42,239 nt of DNA from Candidatus Peregrinibacteria bacterium (GCA_014729275.1 WJKE01000066.1:1-42239); one strand, 5' to 3'; shown: positions 16,998 to 27,352, numbered from the stretch's first letter. Made by a program: numbers and translations. The notes: a model not told the origin generated them from the sequence alone.

Positions 16998-19562
16998 TTA
17001 CTTAATTACAAGGCCGTTTTTGCCACTATCTACATTGACCTTAGCACCTTCCTTAATTTTCCCCTCTAAAATTTGTATAGCCAATTCATTCTCAATTTCA
17101 TCCTGAATGAGTCTTTTAAGGGGCCTGGCACCAAAATCAGGGTCATATCCCTTCTTTGCCAGGTAATTTAATGCCTTTTCACTAACATTAAGGTCAATAT
17201 TTTGCTTTTTAAGGCGTTTTTCCAAATGCCGGAGTTGTAATTTGGCTATCTCTTTAATTTGTGGCTCTTTAAGGGCCTCAAAAACGCTAATATTATCAAT
17301 TCTATTCAAAAACTCAGGTTTAAAGAACTGGCGTAATTCCTTATTAATTTTAATATCCAGCGCCGACTTTTCACCTTTAAATTCGAGGATTTTCTTACTC
17401 GCAATATTAGAAGTCATGATAATTATCGTATTTTTAAAGTTTACAGTTCTGCCTTTTGCATCTGTAATATGCCCTTCATCCAATATCTGGAGCAAAATAT
17501 TAAATACCTGAGGATGAGCCTTTTCAATTTCATCGAATAAAATCACGCTGTAAGGCCTTTTTCTCACCTTTTCCGTTAATTGACCGCCCTCATCATAACC
17601 AATATAGCCCGGAGGGGATCCTATAATCTTAGAAACACTGTGTGCCTCCATATATTCACTCATATCAAGCCTCTGTAAGGCATGCTCATCATTAAACAAA
17701 AACTCGGAAATCGCTTTTGCAAGCTCTGTTTTACCAACGCCTGTAGGCCCGAGAAACAGAAATGACCCCATAGGACGGCCCTCTTCAGAGATATGGGCCT
17801 TGGAACGTCTTATAACGTTACTCACAGCCCTCACAGCCTCATTTTGGCCGATTACACGCTTCGACAATTCATCTTCCAGATGTGTAAGTTTTTTGGTCTC
17901 AGATTCGGTCAGTTTTCTCAGAGGAATTCCCGTCCATTTACTCACAACTTTAGCAATATCCGATTCTGTAACCTCTTCTTTAAGCATTCTGTTATCATGC
18001 TGAAGGTCTCTTAATTTTGCTTCCAATTTTTCAATTTTCTTATTTAAATCCGGTAAATAAGCATATTTTATCTCGGCAACTTTCTGTAAATCTCCTTCAC
18101 GCTCATATTTCGAAGCCTCAATATTACATTTATCAATTTCCTCCTTAGCCGCATTAATTTCATCAATAATTGATTTTTGATTTTGCCACACAAGCTTCAA
18201 AGTATTATGCTTTTCCTTCAAATCAGATATTTCCTTCTCAAGCGCTGAAAGTTTATCAGAGGCCTTTTTCTCTTTTTTAAGAGCTTCCCGCTCAATTTCA
18301 AGCTGCATTAGTTTTCGCTCCAATTCATCAATTTCCTGTGGAGAACTCTCAAGGTCAATCTTCAAAACCGCAGTAGCTTCGTCAATAAGATCAACCGCCT
18401 TATCAGGCAAAAACCTGTCAGTTATATACCTGTCCGATAAAGTAGCAGCCGAAATTATGGCATCATCTGTAATGCTTACTCCATGAAATAGCTCATATTT
18501 TTCCTTAATTCCTCGCAAAATAGCTATAGTATCTTCAACAGAGGGCTCATCTACATATATTGGCTGAAATCGGCGCTCCAAAGCCGCATCCTTCTCAATA
18601 TACTTCTGATATTCCTTAAGCGTCGTCGCTCCAATGGTATGAATTTCACCTCTCGCAAGTGCAGGTTTTAACATGTTAGAGGCATCCATTTGCCCTTCAC
18701 TCGCACCGGCACCTACAAGGGTATGAAGCTCATCAATAAATAATATAATCTGTCCTTCCTTTTCTTTCACGCCTTTAATAACAGCCTTTAGTCGCTCCTC
18801 AAATTCTCCCCTATATTTAGATCCGGCCAGCATAGCCCCCAGATCCAAAACCAAAATTTCTTTATCTTTAAGGGTGTCAGGCACGTCGCCATCAACAATC
18901 CTGTGTGCAAGACCCTCAACAATGGCGGTTTTACCTGTTCCCGGCTCCCCAATCAGAACCGGATTATTTTTACTCCTTCGAGCCAAAATCTGCATAAGCC
19001 GCCTTATTTCATCATTTCGGCCAATAACCGGGTCAATCTTCCCCTTTCTGGCAAGCTCCGTAAAATTTATACAATATTTTTCAAGAGCCTGGAACTTAGC
19101 TTCAGGATTCGGATCAGTCACCTTTTCACTACCCCTTAGCTCCTTTAAAATCTCCTTAACCTTAGACTTCTCCAAAGCGGCTCCCTTCAAAATTGTGGCT
19201 GCATCATCTTTTCCATCCAGCATGGCCAGCAAAACATGTTCCACCGAAATATAATCATCCCCAAAACTCTCAGACTCCTTCGAAGCTTTAGTTAATAAAG
19301 CCTTAAGTTCATTCGAGATATATTGACCGCCGCCCTCAACTTTTGGAATTTCCTTTAATTTTGCATCAACCTTCGACTTTAGTTCATCAACATTTATTTC
19401 CATTTTTTTAAGAAGAGGGCTAATCAAAGTATCCTCCTGCTCAAGCATTTGCCTTAAAATATGCTCGGAACTTATTGCCTGATGGCTCATGTCCGAAGCC
19501 ATTTTACTCGCACCGGCAATCAATTCCTGTACTTTCATTGTAAAGTTATTTCCTATTTGCAT
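16998..19562 (-). CDS. clpB: chaperone ClpB
   Basis: Clp N-domain; two AAA+ modules (GEPGTGKT, GPTGVGKT); long coiled-coil middle domain; GARPLKR. Confidence 0.97.
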   Translation of the reverse strand: MQIGNNFTMKVQELIAGASKMASDMSHQAISSEHILRQMLEQEDTLISPLLKKMEINVDELKSKVDAKLKEIPKVEGGGQYISNELKALLTKASKESESFGDDYISVEHVLLAMLDGKDDAATILKGAALEKSKVKEILKELRGSEKVTDPNPEAKFQALEKYCINFTELARKGKIDPVIGRNDEIRRLMQILARRSKNNPVLIGEPGTGKTAIVEGLAHRIVDGDVPDTLKDKEILVLDLGAMLAGSKYRGEFEERLKAVIKGVKEKEGQIILFIDELHTLVGAGASEGQMDASNMLKPALARGEIHTIGATTLKEYQKYIEKDAALERRFQPIYVDEPSVEDTIAILRGIKEKYELFHGVSITDDAIISAATLSDRYITDRFLPDKAVDLIDEATAVLKIDLESSPQEIDELERKLMQLEIEREALKKEKKASDKLSALEKEISDLKEKHNTLKLVWQNQKSIIDEINAAKEEIDKCNIEASKYEREGDLQKVAEIKYAYLPDLNKKIEKLEAKLRDLQHDNRMLKEEVTESDIAKVVSKWTGIPLRKLTESETKKLTHLEDELSKRVIGQNEAVRAVSNVIRRSKAHISEEGRPMGSFLFLGPTGVGKTELAKAISEFLFNDEHALQRLDMSEYMEAHSVSKIIGSPPGYIGYDEGGQLTEKVRKRPYSVILFDEIEKAHPQVFNILLQILDEGHITDAKGRTVNFKNTIIIMTSNIASKKILEFKGEKSALDIKINKELRQFFKPEFLNRIDNISVFEALKEPQIKEIAKLQLRHLEKRLKKQNIDLNVSEKALNYLAKKGYDPDFGARPLKRLIQDEIENELAIQILEGKIKEGAKVNVDSGKNGLVIK

Positions 19563-19580
19563 GGTATTTTTTTAGATTAT

Positions 19581-19621
19581 TTAGCACTCTTAATTATAGA
19601 GTGCTAACGCCCATCTGTCAA
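19581..19621 (-). promoter_or_regulatory. CIRCE (HrcA operator) overlapping the clpB promoter
   Basis: TTAGCACTC-N9-GAGTGCTAA at 19581-19607; minus strand TTGACA (19621-19616), 17 bp, TATAAT (19598-19593). Confidence 0.95.
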
Positions 19622-19716
19622 GACCTCCCGAAACAAATCACTTCATTTTTCGTTATTGACAAATGAGCAGAGATTCTGAAAAAATAAGACCCCGAAAAGA
19701 TTTTACACACTAGAAC

Positions 19717-19745
19717 TTGACAGCCTGACAAACTTTTATTATAGT
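19717..19745 (+). promoter_or_regulatory. sigma70-like promoter
   Basis: TTGACA, 17 bp, TATAGT, upstream of ORF 19774. Confidence 0.65.
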
Positions 19746-19773
19746 ATGCTGCCGAATCAATAATCATATTATT

Positions 19774-22395
19774 ATGAATAGACCAAAAGACAGAAATGAA
19801 GAAAGCGGCTTATTGCCATTACCAAAAAAATATCAGACTCCTGCGGAAGGACTGGAAGAGATTTCACAAGACGAGATCGATGATTTTTTCGGTGCAGCTG
19901 AAACAGATGTATTTCCAGTTGTTGAGGATGAATCTGATGATGTAAAAGCTCAAGATCCAAAAACTCAAGATCCAAAAACAGAAGAATTACCATATGTAGA
20001 AGTAGAAAGATTAGATGAGGACGTCGAAGGAGCTTTTTCCGGTACATTCAATATCCACGATACAGACGAGTTACCTGTAATAGAAGAGGGTGCGTTTGAA
20101 AAAGTAGAGGACGAAGATCACGAAGAATTAAAAAGTGCTGTGTTAGTTACCCTTTCCGGCGACTACAAAGCCGTATTGGACCCGGAAGAACACAGAGTTC
20201 CAGGCCAGGAAAGAGACGGAAACCAGTCTTCATTGGGGGCACAAGAAATAAAAGACACAGTTCCTGAGATGCAGGCTCATATAGATACTTATATCGGATT
20301 TCCACCTGATTTAGAGAATGAAGGAAACGACACCGGCAACAACGATCCTGTCGGCCCAACAATTAAAAGATTTTCAGAACACCTATCAACATTTTATAAA
20401 AAAGGAGGCAACGCACTAAGCAGCGAAAGCATGTCACTTGCAAATATGTTGCTTTATATTATGGACAATGGAGAAGAAGCTCTTGAGCGTTTAAGTGAAA
20501 CAGTTTCAGAGCACATTGATTCAGTTTCTGATGATCAGGCTAAACTAAAAAGATTAAAAAGATTTTTATTCATGGTTATTTCTTCTGTTGAGAGCACCTT
20601 GGACTCCAGAATCAGAAGCAGACACCATGAATATAAAATTGTTCCTATAGAGGAAGCAAGAGAAATCTTTGGAGAGATTGACCAGATTAATACCCAAATG
20701 AAAGGGCTCAAGAATACACTTGGAATTAATAAAATTGAGTCCATTCTTGAGGATTTACCAGCTCCAAGGCAAACCGAAGCAGACCTACCAGCTTCAAAAA
20801 ATGTTATGGCCCTACCTAGAGTGCCTCGCACAGATGAAGGAGGCTCAAAGGAAGAACTACCGGCAATTAAACAGGATATTCCAACTGGAAAACCACTTGA
20901 GAATGTACCAGTTGGTCACCCCATTGCTGATCCAAATGCAGAAAGCAGCATGGTCATTGCAGCAGCCGAACTAAAGGAAAGAAATGAAAAAGAGGCACTT
21001 GCTAACTGGACAAACAAAATCAAGATGAAGCTTGGAAACGAATATAACGGTCAAATTTTATGTACTCTAAAACCTTCAGAAATTAAAAAGGTATTAAGAG
21101 ATATTATTGATGAATTCAAAGCGGACGACAAAAACACCGATGTGGAAATTTTGATCCAGTCGCTTAAAAACGTTAAAGACTTAATGCCAACAATTAAACA
21201 GGAAAAACCATTCGATGCCGCAATAAAAAGCCTTGATTCGAAGAAACCATCATGGATTCGAAGAAATATTAAAGCCCTGGCAGCAGCAGCAATGCTATTG
21301 GTTGGCGGAGGCATAGGGGGAAAAATTGCATACGATAGATATTCATCTGATGAGCAGAAACCAAAAAAGACATCGGAAGATGTACTGGATTTACCAAAAA
21401 TATCAGAATTATCAGACAAAGAGACCACAGATAACCTAGCTATCGACAAAAAAGACGGAGAAACTAAAGTTGCTTTAGCTGATAATAAAGAAGAAAACAC
21501 TGATTTTGATTTCACCGAACCTGTAAGCGAACCATCTAAAAGTGCAACACCGGCAGCAAAACCTCTGAGCGAAATCAACCTTAATGATTTGGTGGCGGCG
21601 TACACACCAAATGTAAGTAAATTTAAATTCCCCGGAATTACTCCTAAAAAGAAATCAGCTGGAACCCCGCCTCCAGAAAAACCGAAAACCTTTAAAACAA
21701 TCTCAATTGAAAAAGGACAAAGATTATTCGATATCGTAGGTGATAAAGATTCAACAGGGCTATACGATGATTGGAAAATTGATGAGAAAAAAGCGTCTAA
21801 TGCAGATCTTAAGAATTTCGACAGATGGAATATGAACATAGTAATCGCAATCTACAATGGAATGGACAATCTATACACTGCAGAAGGTCAAAGCCTAAAA
21901 ATCCCAACTTGGGATGAAATGGTAGCGATTTATTTATCACCTGATTATATCTCAAAACACAACAAGATCTGGAGTAATTATAATCTGGATGAAGATACTG
22001 AGTATTCTCTATTTGATTTCGATAAAACTCCAACGCTTAATTTCGCTCAACCTAAACAAACTGAATCACCTACCATGAATGAACCACTAGCCAGCCTCGA
22101 CTCACTTGGTTCCGGAACAAGTAAATCAGTTGATCTAAATGAGCCGCTATTTGATTGGGGATCGAAAGGTATTGATATTGATAACTCACTTTCACCAAAA
22201 ACCGTAAGCGTTGATGCACCTAAACCTAAAAACCCGGATAATCCTTTAAACTTAATCTCGCAAAATAATGCTGAAGTTAACAGTTTAATTCCTTCCCTTG
22301 GACAGGCAAGCCCTCAATCTGTAGAAGATGAGTGGGGAGCAATGCTTGATGAGTTCAAAACTGAGGAAGATCCACTATGGGATCTAAAAGTTTAA
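19774..22395 (+). CDS. large acidic single-pass membrane protein with LysM-like domain
   Basis: TM segment ALAAAAMLLVGGGIGGKIAY; ISIEKGQRLFDI...IAIYNGMDNLYTAEGQSLKIP. Confidence 0.75.
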   Translation: MNRPKDRNEESGLLPLPKKYQTPAEGLEEISQDEIDDFFGAAETDVFPVVEDESDDVKAQDPKTQDPKTEELPYVEVERLDEDVEGAFSGTFNIHDTDELPVIEEGAFEKVEDEDHEELKSAVLVTLSGDYKAVLDPEEHRVPGQERDGNQSSLGAQEIKDTVPEMQAHIDTYIGFPPDLENEGNDTGNNDPVGPTIKRFSEHLSTFYKKGGNALSSESMSLANMLLYIMDNGEEALERLSETVSEHIDSVSDDQAKLKRLKRFLFMVISSVESTLDSRIRSRHHEYKIVPIEEAREIFGEIDQINTQMKGLKNTLGINKIESILEDLPAPRQTEADLPASKNVMALPRVPRTDEGGSKEELPAIKQDIPTGKPLENVPVGHPIADPNAESSMVIAAAELKERNEKEALANWTNKIKMKLGNEYNGQILCTLKPSEIKKVLRDIIDEFKADDKNTDVEILIQSLKNVKDLMPTIKQEKPFDAAIKSLDSKKPSWIRRNIKALAAAAMLLVGGGIGGKIAYDRYSSDEQKPKKTSEDVLDLPKISELSDKETTDNLAIDKKDGETKVALADNKEENTDFDFTEPVSEPSKSATPAAKPLSEINLNDLVAAYTPNVSKFKFPGITPKKKSAGTPPPEKPKTFKTISIEKGQRLFDIVGDKDSTGLYDDWKIDEKKASNADLKNFDRWNMNIVIAIYNGMDNLYTAEGQSLKIPTWDEMVAIYLSPDYISKHNKIWSNYNLDEDTEYSLFDFDKTPTLNFAQPKQTESPTMNEPLASLDSLGSGTSKSVDLNEPLFDWGSKGIDIDNSLSPKTVSVDAPKPKNPDNPLNLISQNNAEVNSLIPSLGQASPQSVEDEWGAMLDEFKTEEDPLWDLKV

Positions 22396-22396
22396 A

Positions 22397-22912
22397 CTAC
22401 CACCACACTTTTTTTATACCGATTGCGTAAGCAATCACATTGGCCAAGAAATGCAGCACTGGAGTCACAATCAAGACGATCAGGGCTGCTTGCCATGGAA
22501 TAACAAATACCGGCAGCATAAAAATGTATACCCCAATAATAAAATCTATCTGATCAAAAGGGAAAAACGGAGCACCGGGTTTAATTTTAAGCCGCCTTTT
22601 CACAAAAGACTTCGCCGCGTCCCCAACAATTGCACCAATTCCAAAGGGGATAGCGTATGCAAAGATATTTGCAGCACTAAGGTCAATCATCAAATATTCA
22701 TCAAAATACCCCATTTTACCGAGCCAAAATTGAATAGCCAAAACTAAAAGCGCTCCCAAATACCCGGCGTAAAGCCCGCGCCATGTTTTATTTGCGCCCA
22801 AAGCCTTTTTATTAATCGGCACACCCAAAGGCGCATTCAGCTTACCCAAAATCAAGGGGGCCATATTCGCCATGTATGCGGGCAAAATAAAATATAGTGC
22901 TTCAACAATCAT
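22397..22912 (-). CDS. CDP-archaeol synthase (CarS/DUF46)-like cytidylyltransferase
   Basis: PAYMANMAP, GANKTWRG, GDAAKSFVKRR, PFDQID, KKVWW; start re-called at MIVEAL. Confidence 0.85.
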   Translation of the reverse strand: MIVEALYFILPAYMANMAPLILGKLNAPLGVPINKKALGANKTWRGLYAGYLGALLVLAIQFWLGKMGYFDEYLMIDLSAANIFAYAIPFGIGAIVGDAAKSFVKRRLKIKPGAPFFPFDQIDFIIGVYIFMLPVFVIPWQAALIVLIVTPVLHFLANVIAYAIGIKKVWW

Positions 22913-22965
22913 GACCCGATTATTACAGTTTTTCCTGGCCTCGGCAATTTTTCTATGCATAAAAA

Positions 22966-24714
22966 TCACACCTCCACAATCAACGGAATAATTAGCGGAC
23001 GCCTTTCAAGCTTGGAATTTGTAAACTTATCAACAGACTGCTTAATATACTTTTTAATATCACGGCGATTCGCACCCGGATTTTGCTTCATAATTTTCTT
23101 AAAAGCCTTAGCAGCCGCCTTCGAAACCTCAGTAGTAATTTCCTCAGTCTCATGCATATAAATAAATCCGCGCGAAATCACATTAGGATCTCCCTTTAAT
23201 TTTTTACTCTTCCTCGAAACAAAAATCAGCACAATCAGCGCGCCATTTAGCGACATAATTTCTCTATCCACCTGAACCCTTGAACCAATAGTTCCCTCAC
23301 CGCTACCATCAATCAAAATATATTTTGTCTCAATTTTTTGCTTCGAAACCTCAAGTTTACCCTTCTGAGCAACCAAAACATCTCCATTCTGAATCAGAAT
23401 TGTCCTATCCTCCGGAATTCCACATTCTTCCTGAGCCAAAAGCGCATGCCCCTGTCGCATAAAATATTCACCATGCACAGGCACCAAATACTTTGGCCGC
23501 ACATAATTAATCATACGCTTAAGATCATCCTGATGCCCATGCCCGGAAGTATGAACATCCATAAGCTGATGATGAATCACCGTCGCACCAAGAATACACA
23601 AATTATTTATCACCGACGCAATCGCCTTCTCATTACCAATAATAGGCGAAGCCGATAAAACAATTGTATCGCCCTTCTTAATTTTAATATTTTTATGAAG
23701 ATTATTCGAAATCCTGGTCAAAGCCGAAACCGATTCTCCCTGAGATCCGGTTGTCAGAATCAAAGTTTGTTCATCCTTAACCTTTTTATATTTGCGGATA
23801 TCCTTTACAAGGCCTTTCGGATAATGCAAATACCCCAGCTGCACAGCAATCGCAATATTATCAATCATACTTTTCCCACTCACAAACACCTTTCTATTGT
23901 ATTTCTGAGCCAGATCAATAATCTGCTGAATTCGCCCGATCAAACTTGAAAAAGAGCTAATAATAAGCCTTCCATTTACCTTCTTAAAAACATCCTCAAG
24001 CGCTTTTTGAACCTCAGCTTCAGACATTGTCGCCCCCTTTTTCAGCGCGTTCGTAGAATCCGAAAAAAGAGCCAACACATTTTGCGACCGTAAAGCCTTC
24101 ATCTTATGAATATCAGCCTTTTTCTGACGGCCGGCAGGAGAATCATCAAACTTAAAATCTCCGGTATGCACAATTTTTCCGGCAGGAGTATCAATAATTA
24201 CCCCAATCGGATCCGGAATTGAATGCACAACTCTAAAAAAGTTCAGCAGAAACGCCCCCAGCTTCAAGGGTTTATCCGGATTTATCACATTCAGTTTCGC
24301 AAATTTATCCAGCTTAAACTCATCAATCTTCTTTTTAATAAATCCCATTGTAAGTTTAGTCCCAAAAACCGGCGGAAAACCAAGTTTGGGCAAAATATAG
24401 GGGATTCCCCCCGTATGATCCAGGTGACCATGAGTAATAATCACACCTCTAATTCGCTTCTTGTTTTTCTCAAGATAGTTCACATCAGGGATTACATAAT
24501 CGATTCCAAGCATATCTTCACTCGGAAACTCAAATCCCATATCCACAATGATTATATCATTGCCATATTCAAACACCATCATGTTCTTGCCAACCTCGTT
24601 TAGGCCGCCCAAAGGAATAATCTTTAGCTTTGCATTACGCCTTCTACTTTTACTTCTACCTTTATTGAATTTTCTTTTTAAAAAAGGTTTTTTCTTTCTA
24701 TTTTTTTTCATCAT
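22966..24714 (-). CDS. rnj: ribonuclease J
   Basis: PLGGLNEVGKNM, THGHLDHTG, HTGDFK, HTSGHG, PVHGE. Confidence 0.97.
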   Translation of the reverse strand: MMKKNRKKKPFLKRKFNKGRSKSRRRNAKLKIIPLGGLNEVGKNMMVFEYGNDIIIVDMGFEFPSEDMLGIDYVIPDVNYLEKNKKRIRGVIITHGHLDHTGGIPYILPKLGFPPVFGTKLTMGFIKKKIDEFKLDKFAKLNVINPDKPLKLGAFLLNFFRVVHSIPDPIGVIIDTPAGKIVHTGDFKFDDSPAGRQKKADIHKMKALRSQNVLALFSDSTNALKKGATMSEAEVQKALEDVFKKVNGRLIISSFSSLIGRIQQIIDLAQKYNRKVFVSGKSMIDNIAIAVQLGYLHYPKGLVKDIRKYKKVKDEQTLILTTGSQGESVSALTRISNNLHKNIKIKKGDTIVLSASPIIGNEKAIASVINNLCILGATVIHHQLMDVHTSGHGHQDDLKRMINYVRPKYLVPVHGEYFMRQGHALLAQEECGIPEDRTILIQNGDVLVAQKGKLEVSKQKIETKYILIDGSGEGTIGSRVQVDREIMSLNGALIVLIFVSRKSKKLKGDPNVISRGFIYMHETEEITTEVSKAAAKAFKKIMKQNPGANRRDIKKYIKQSVDKFTNSKLERRPLIIPLIVEV

Positions 24715-24877
24715 TACACAATTATTCTAATTATTGTTCGCTTACCACCTATATATTACCATGTTTTTTAAATAATAGCCATAGAGTTAAACGTATTTTA
24801 CCTAAAGTTGTCAAGGCTGCTAAATTTATTAATCTTAAAAATCATTTTATAATTCGACCGAAATTTAAAATAAAATT

Positions 24878-26242
24878 ATGAATCAAAGATCATCTATTGC
24901 AATACTGGGGTTTGGAGTCGAGGGACGCGCAATGTTTAACTACCTCATGGCGCACGAATACGGAAATATTACAATCTGCGACAAAAACGTGGATCTTAAA
25001 GATAAAATGCCCGAGGGTGTTTCAGTGAGACTGGGGGAAGATTATTTAAATGATCTTGATGATTTTGATGTAATTATCCGTTCTCCCGGAATTAAATATT
25101 TCGATCCACATATTCAGGCAGCGGTTCAGGCAGGAAAAGAAGTTACGTCTACCACTGCAATATTTTTTGATCAGTGCCCCTGCCCGATAATTGGGATTAC
25201 AGGCACGAAAGGAAAAGGCACAACCAGTATGCTCACATACCTAATGCTTAAGGAGGCTGACAAAGATGTTCATTTGGGAGGAAACATCGGCACGCCGGCA
25301 ATTGGTTTTTTAGATGATTTGAATAAGGATTCTCTGGTGGTTTTTGAGCTTTCCAGCTTTCAGTTACAGGATATGAAGAAAAGTCCGAAATATGCTGTGC
25401 TTTTAAATACTACCTCTGACCATCTCGACTACCATGCGGACACAGGAGAGTACCTCACTGCCAAAGAAAGTATTCTGGCAAATCAAGCCAAAGATTCAAT
25501 AGCGGTACTCAATAAAGATTATGACTACGCCAATCATTATAAGCCCTTGGTAAAGGGCCGGAACCTATGGGTCTCGGTAGAGGAAAAAGTAAAAAACGGG
25601 GCATATTCAGACGAGGAAAACATCTATTTTGTTGAAGATGATAACGCGACCCAAATCGCTAAAATAAACGAAGTAAAATTAATCGGTTCACATAATTTGG
25701 AAAATATTCTGCCGGCAGTCGCGATTGCGGGAACTATAGGGGTAGACAAGAAAGATATTGAGAGAATAATAAAAACTTTTGACGGGCTGCCCCACAGATT
25801 ACAGTTTATAAAAGAAGTGAAAGGAGTAAAGTTTTATAACGACTCGATTGCAACATCACCCGACCCTTCAATGGCCGCTGTCGATTCATTTGAGGCCCCT
25901 CTAACGTTGATTGCGGGGGGATACGACAAAGGAGCAGACTACAATGAGTGGGCACTTAAAATTCTCACTAAAAAGAATCTGAGGACGGTCGTGCTCATAG
26001 GCGACCTTGCTGAAAAAATGGAGAGCGCAATTTCGCAGGCAGAGGAAAAGCTCGGCGAGGCTGAAGGATCTCCAACCAAAGTTTTAAAAAGAAACACATT
26101 CGAAGAAGCTATTCTCGATGCTTTTGCCGAAACCCCGGAAAACGGAGTTATAATTTTATCGCCGGCAGCAGCAAGTTTTGACATGTTCAAAAACTACAAG
26201 GACAGAGGAGAGCAATTTGCTGATATTGTAGGCAAATTATGA
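24878..26242 (+). CDS. murD: UDP-MurNAc-L-Ala:D-Glu ligase
   Basis: ITGTKGKGTT, GGNIG, ELSSFQL, DHLDYH, HRL, YNDS, LSPAAASFD.F.NY..RG. Confidence 0.97.
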   Translation: MNQRSSIAILGFGVEGRAMFNYLMAHEYGNITICDKNVDLKDKMPEGVSVRLGEDYLNDLDDFDVIIRSPGIKYFDPHIQAAVQAGKEVTSTTAIFFDQCPCPIIGITGTKGKGTTSMLTYLMLKEADKDVHLGGNIGTPAIGFLDDLNKDSLVVFELSSFQLQDMKKSPKYAVLLNTTSDHLDYHADTGEYLTAKESILANQAKDSIAVLNKDYDYANHYKPLVKGRNLWVSVEEKVKNGAYSDEENIYFVEDDNATQIAKINEVKLIGSHNLENILPAVAIAGTIGVDKKDIERIIKTFDGLPHRLQFIKEVKGVKFYNDSIATSPDPSMAAVDSFEAPLTLIAGGYDKGADYNEWALKILTKKNLRTVVLIGDLAEKMESAISQAEEKLGEAEGSPTKVLKRNTFEEAILDAFAETPENGVIILSPAAASFDMFKNYKDRGEQFADIVGKL

Positions 26243-27277
26243 TTCTTCAAAAACTATATCCGCACAACTTATATAACTCAGATCTTCATTTGATGCCTGA
26301 ACACCTATAGCTAGCGGCAAATTTTCCTTTAAATCAGCTATAGTCAATTCCAGCAAAGATGCGGATTCACCGGAAAAAAGATTCACCAGCGCTTTGTAAG
26401 AGCTTTCAATATTATCACAAGTCCCATACAAAATTTGCGCCGGATTTTCATGTGCGGGATCAATTCCATTTAGCTCTATATCAACATATAGCCCCTCATC
26501 AGTATTAAATAATTCCGCCTTACCGCTAACCCCCGATTCATTCAATTCAATCAAATTCAGACCAACTTTGCTATCAGTATCGGCAGTTACTTCAATAGGA
26601 GTTTGATCTTCATAGGCCTCACCATTTTTAAGGCTTTCATATGTTGTCACCCAATAAATTTTTTCACCCAAATATTCCTCAAGCATATCATTTCTATCTT
26701 TCAAAATTCTGGTAATCATATCAGCAGTTTCATTTCTTTTAAGCTCATCATCAAATCCCGTAATTGTGTAGGGGATATAATTTAATTCCGAAGCCAGATT
26801 AACCGCCCCTTCAAACCAAACTTCACCGCCTTCCTCAAAAACAAATGCAAGAGACTTTAGCGTCATTTTTAAAGCTTCAACAAAATTCACCTTTTGACCG
26901 GGCCTAAAGGTGCCATCACTGTATCCCACAACCCAGTCGGCATTTTTCGCAAAACAAACATATTTTGTAAACCACTGGCCTGCTTCTACATCGCTAAAAC
27001 ATTCACTATCCTCAAATTCATCCAAAGTTTCAGAAGTAAGCTGGCCCAATTTAATTTTTGACTCAATAACAATTTTCAACATTTCAGCTCTGTTCAAAGT
27101 GTTTTCAGGTTTGAATGTTCCATCACTGTGCCCATTTACAATACCCTCAGAATTCAAATAATAAATTGCCTCCATAAATTCCTCATCCTCATTAACATCA
27201 GAGAAAAACGCAGTATTCGCAAATACAGCCGAACAGCAAAGCAAATTCAAAACAATAATTAACAAGATCTTTTTCAT
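26237..27277 (-). CDS. S-layer homology domain protein with C-terminal CHRD/SOD-like domain
   Basis: Signal peptide; SLH motifs G.SDGTF.P...LNRAE; C-terminal N.SGVSG.A...PA.I..GTC...AI.V..S...Y.SC.DI. Confidence 0.8.
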   Translation of the reverse strand: MKKILLIIVLNLLCCSAVFANTAFFSDVNEDEEFMEAIYYLNSEGIVNGHSDGTFKPENTLNRAEMLKIVIESKIKLGQLTSETLDEFEDSECFSDVEAGQWFTKYVCFAKNADWVVGYSDGTFRPGQKVNFVEALKMTLKSLAFVFEEGGEVWFEGAVNLASELNYIPYTITGFDDELKRNETADMITRILKDRNDMLEEYLGEKIYWVTTYESLKNGEAYEDQTPIEVTADTDSKVGLNLIELNESGVSGKAELFNTDEGLYVDIELNGIDPAHENPAQILYGTCDNIESSYKALVNLFSGESASLLELTIADLKENLPLAIGVQASNEDLSYISCADIVFEES

Positions 27278-27352
27278 ATTTTTTTTGTTAGAAATTAACT
27301 AAATGGTTACGATCTCCATCCTACTGTAGGAGTTGAAGAATCTCTTGCACAA

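Noticed and set aside
16891-17106. 71-aa ORF
   Set aside because: Antisense to tRNA-Pro(GGG) and the clpB 3' end
21051-21839. 262-aa minus-strand ORF and the other nested antisense ORFs in the track
   Set aside because: They lie opposite or within well-supported genes, with S/F/L-rich shadow composition
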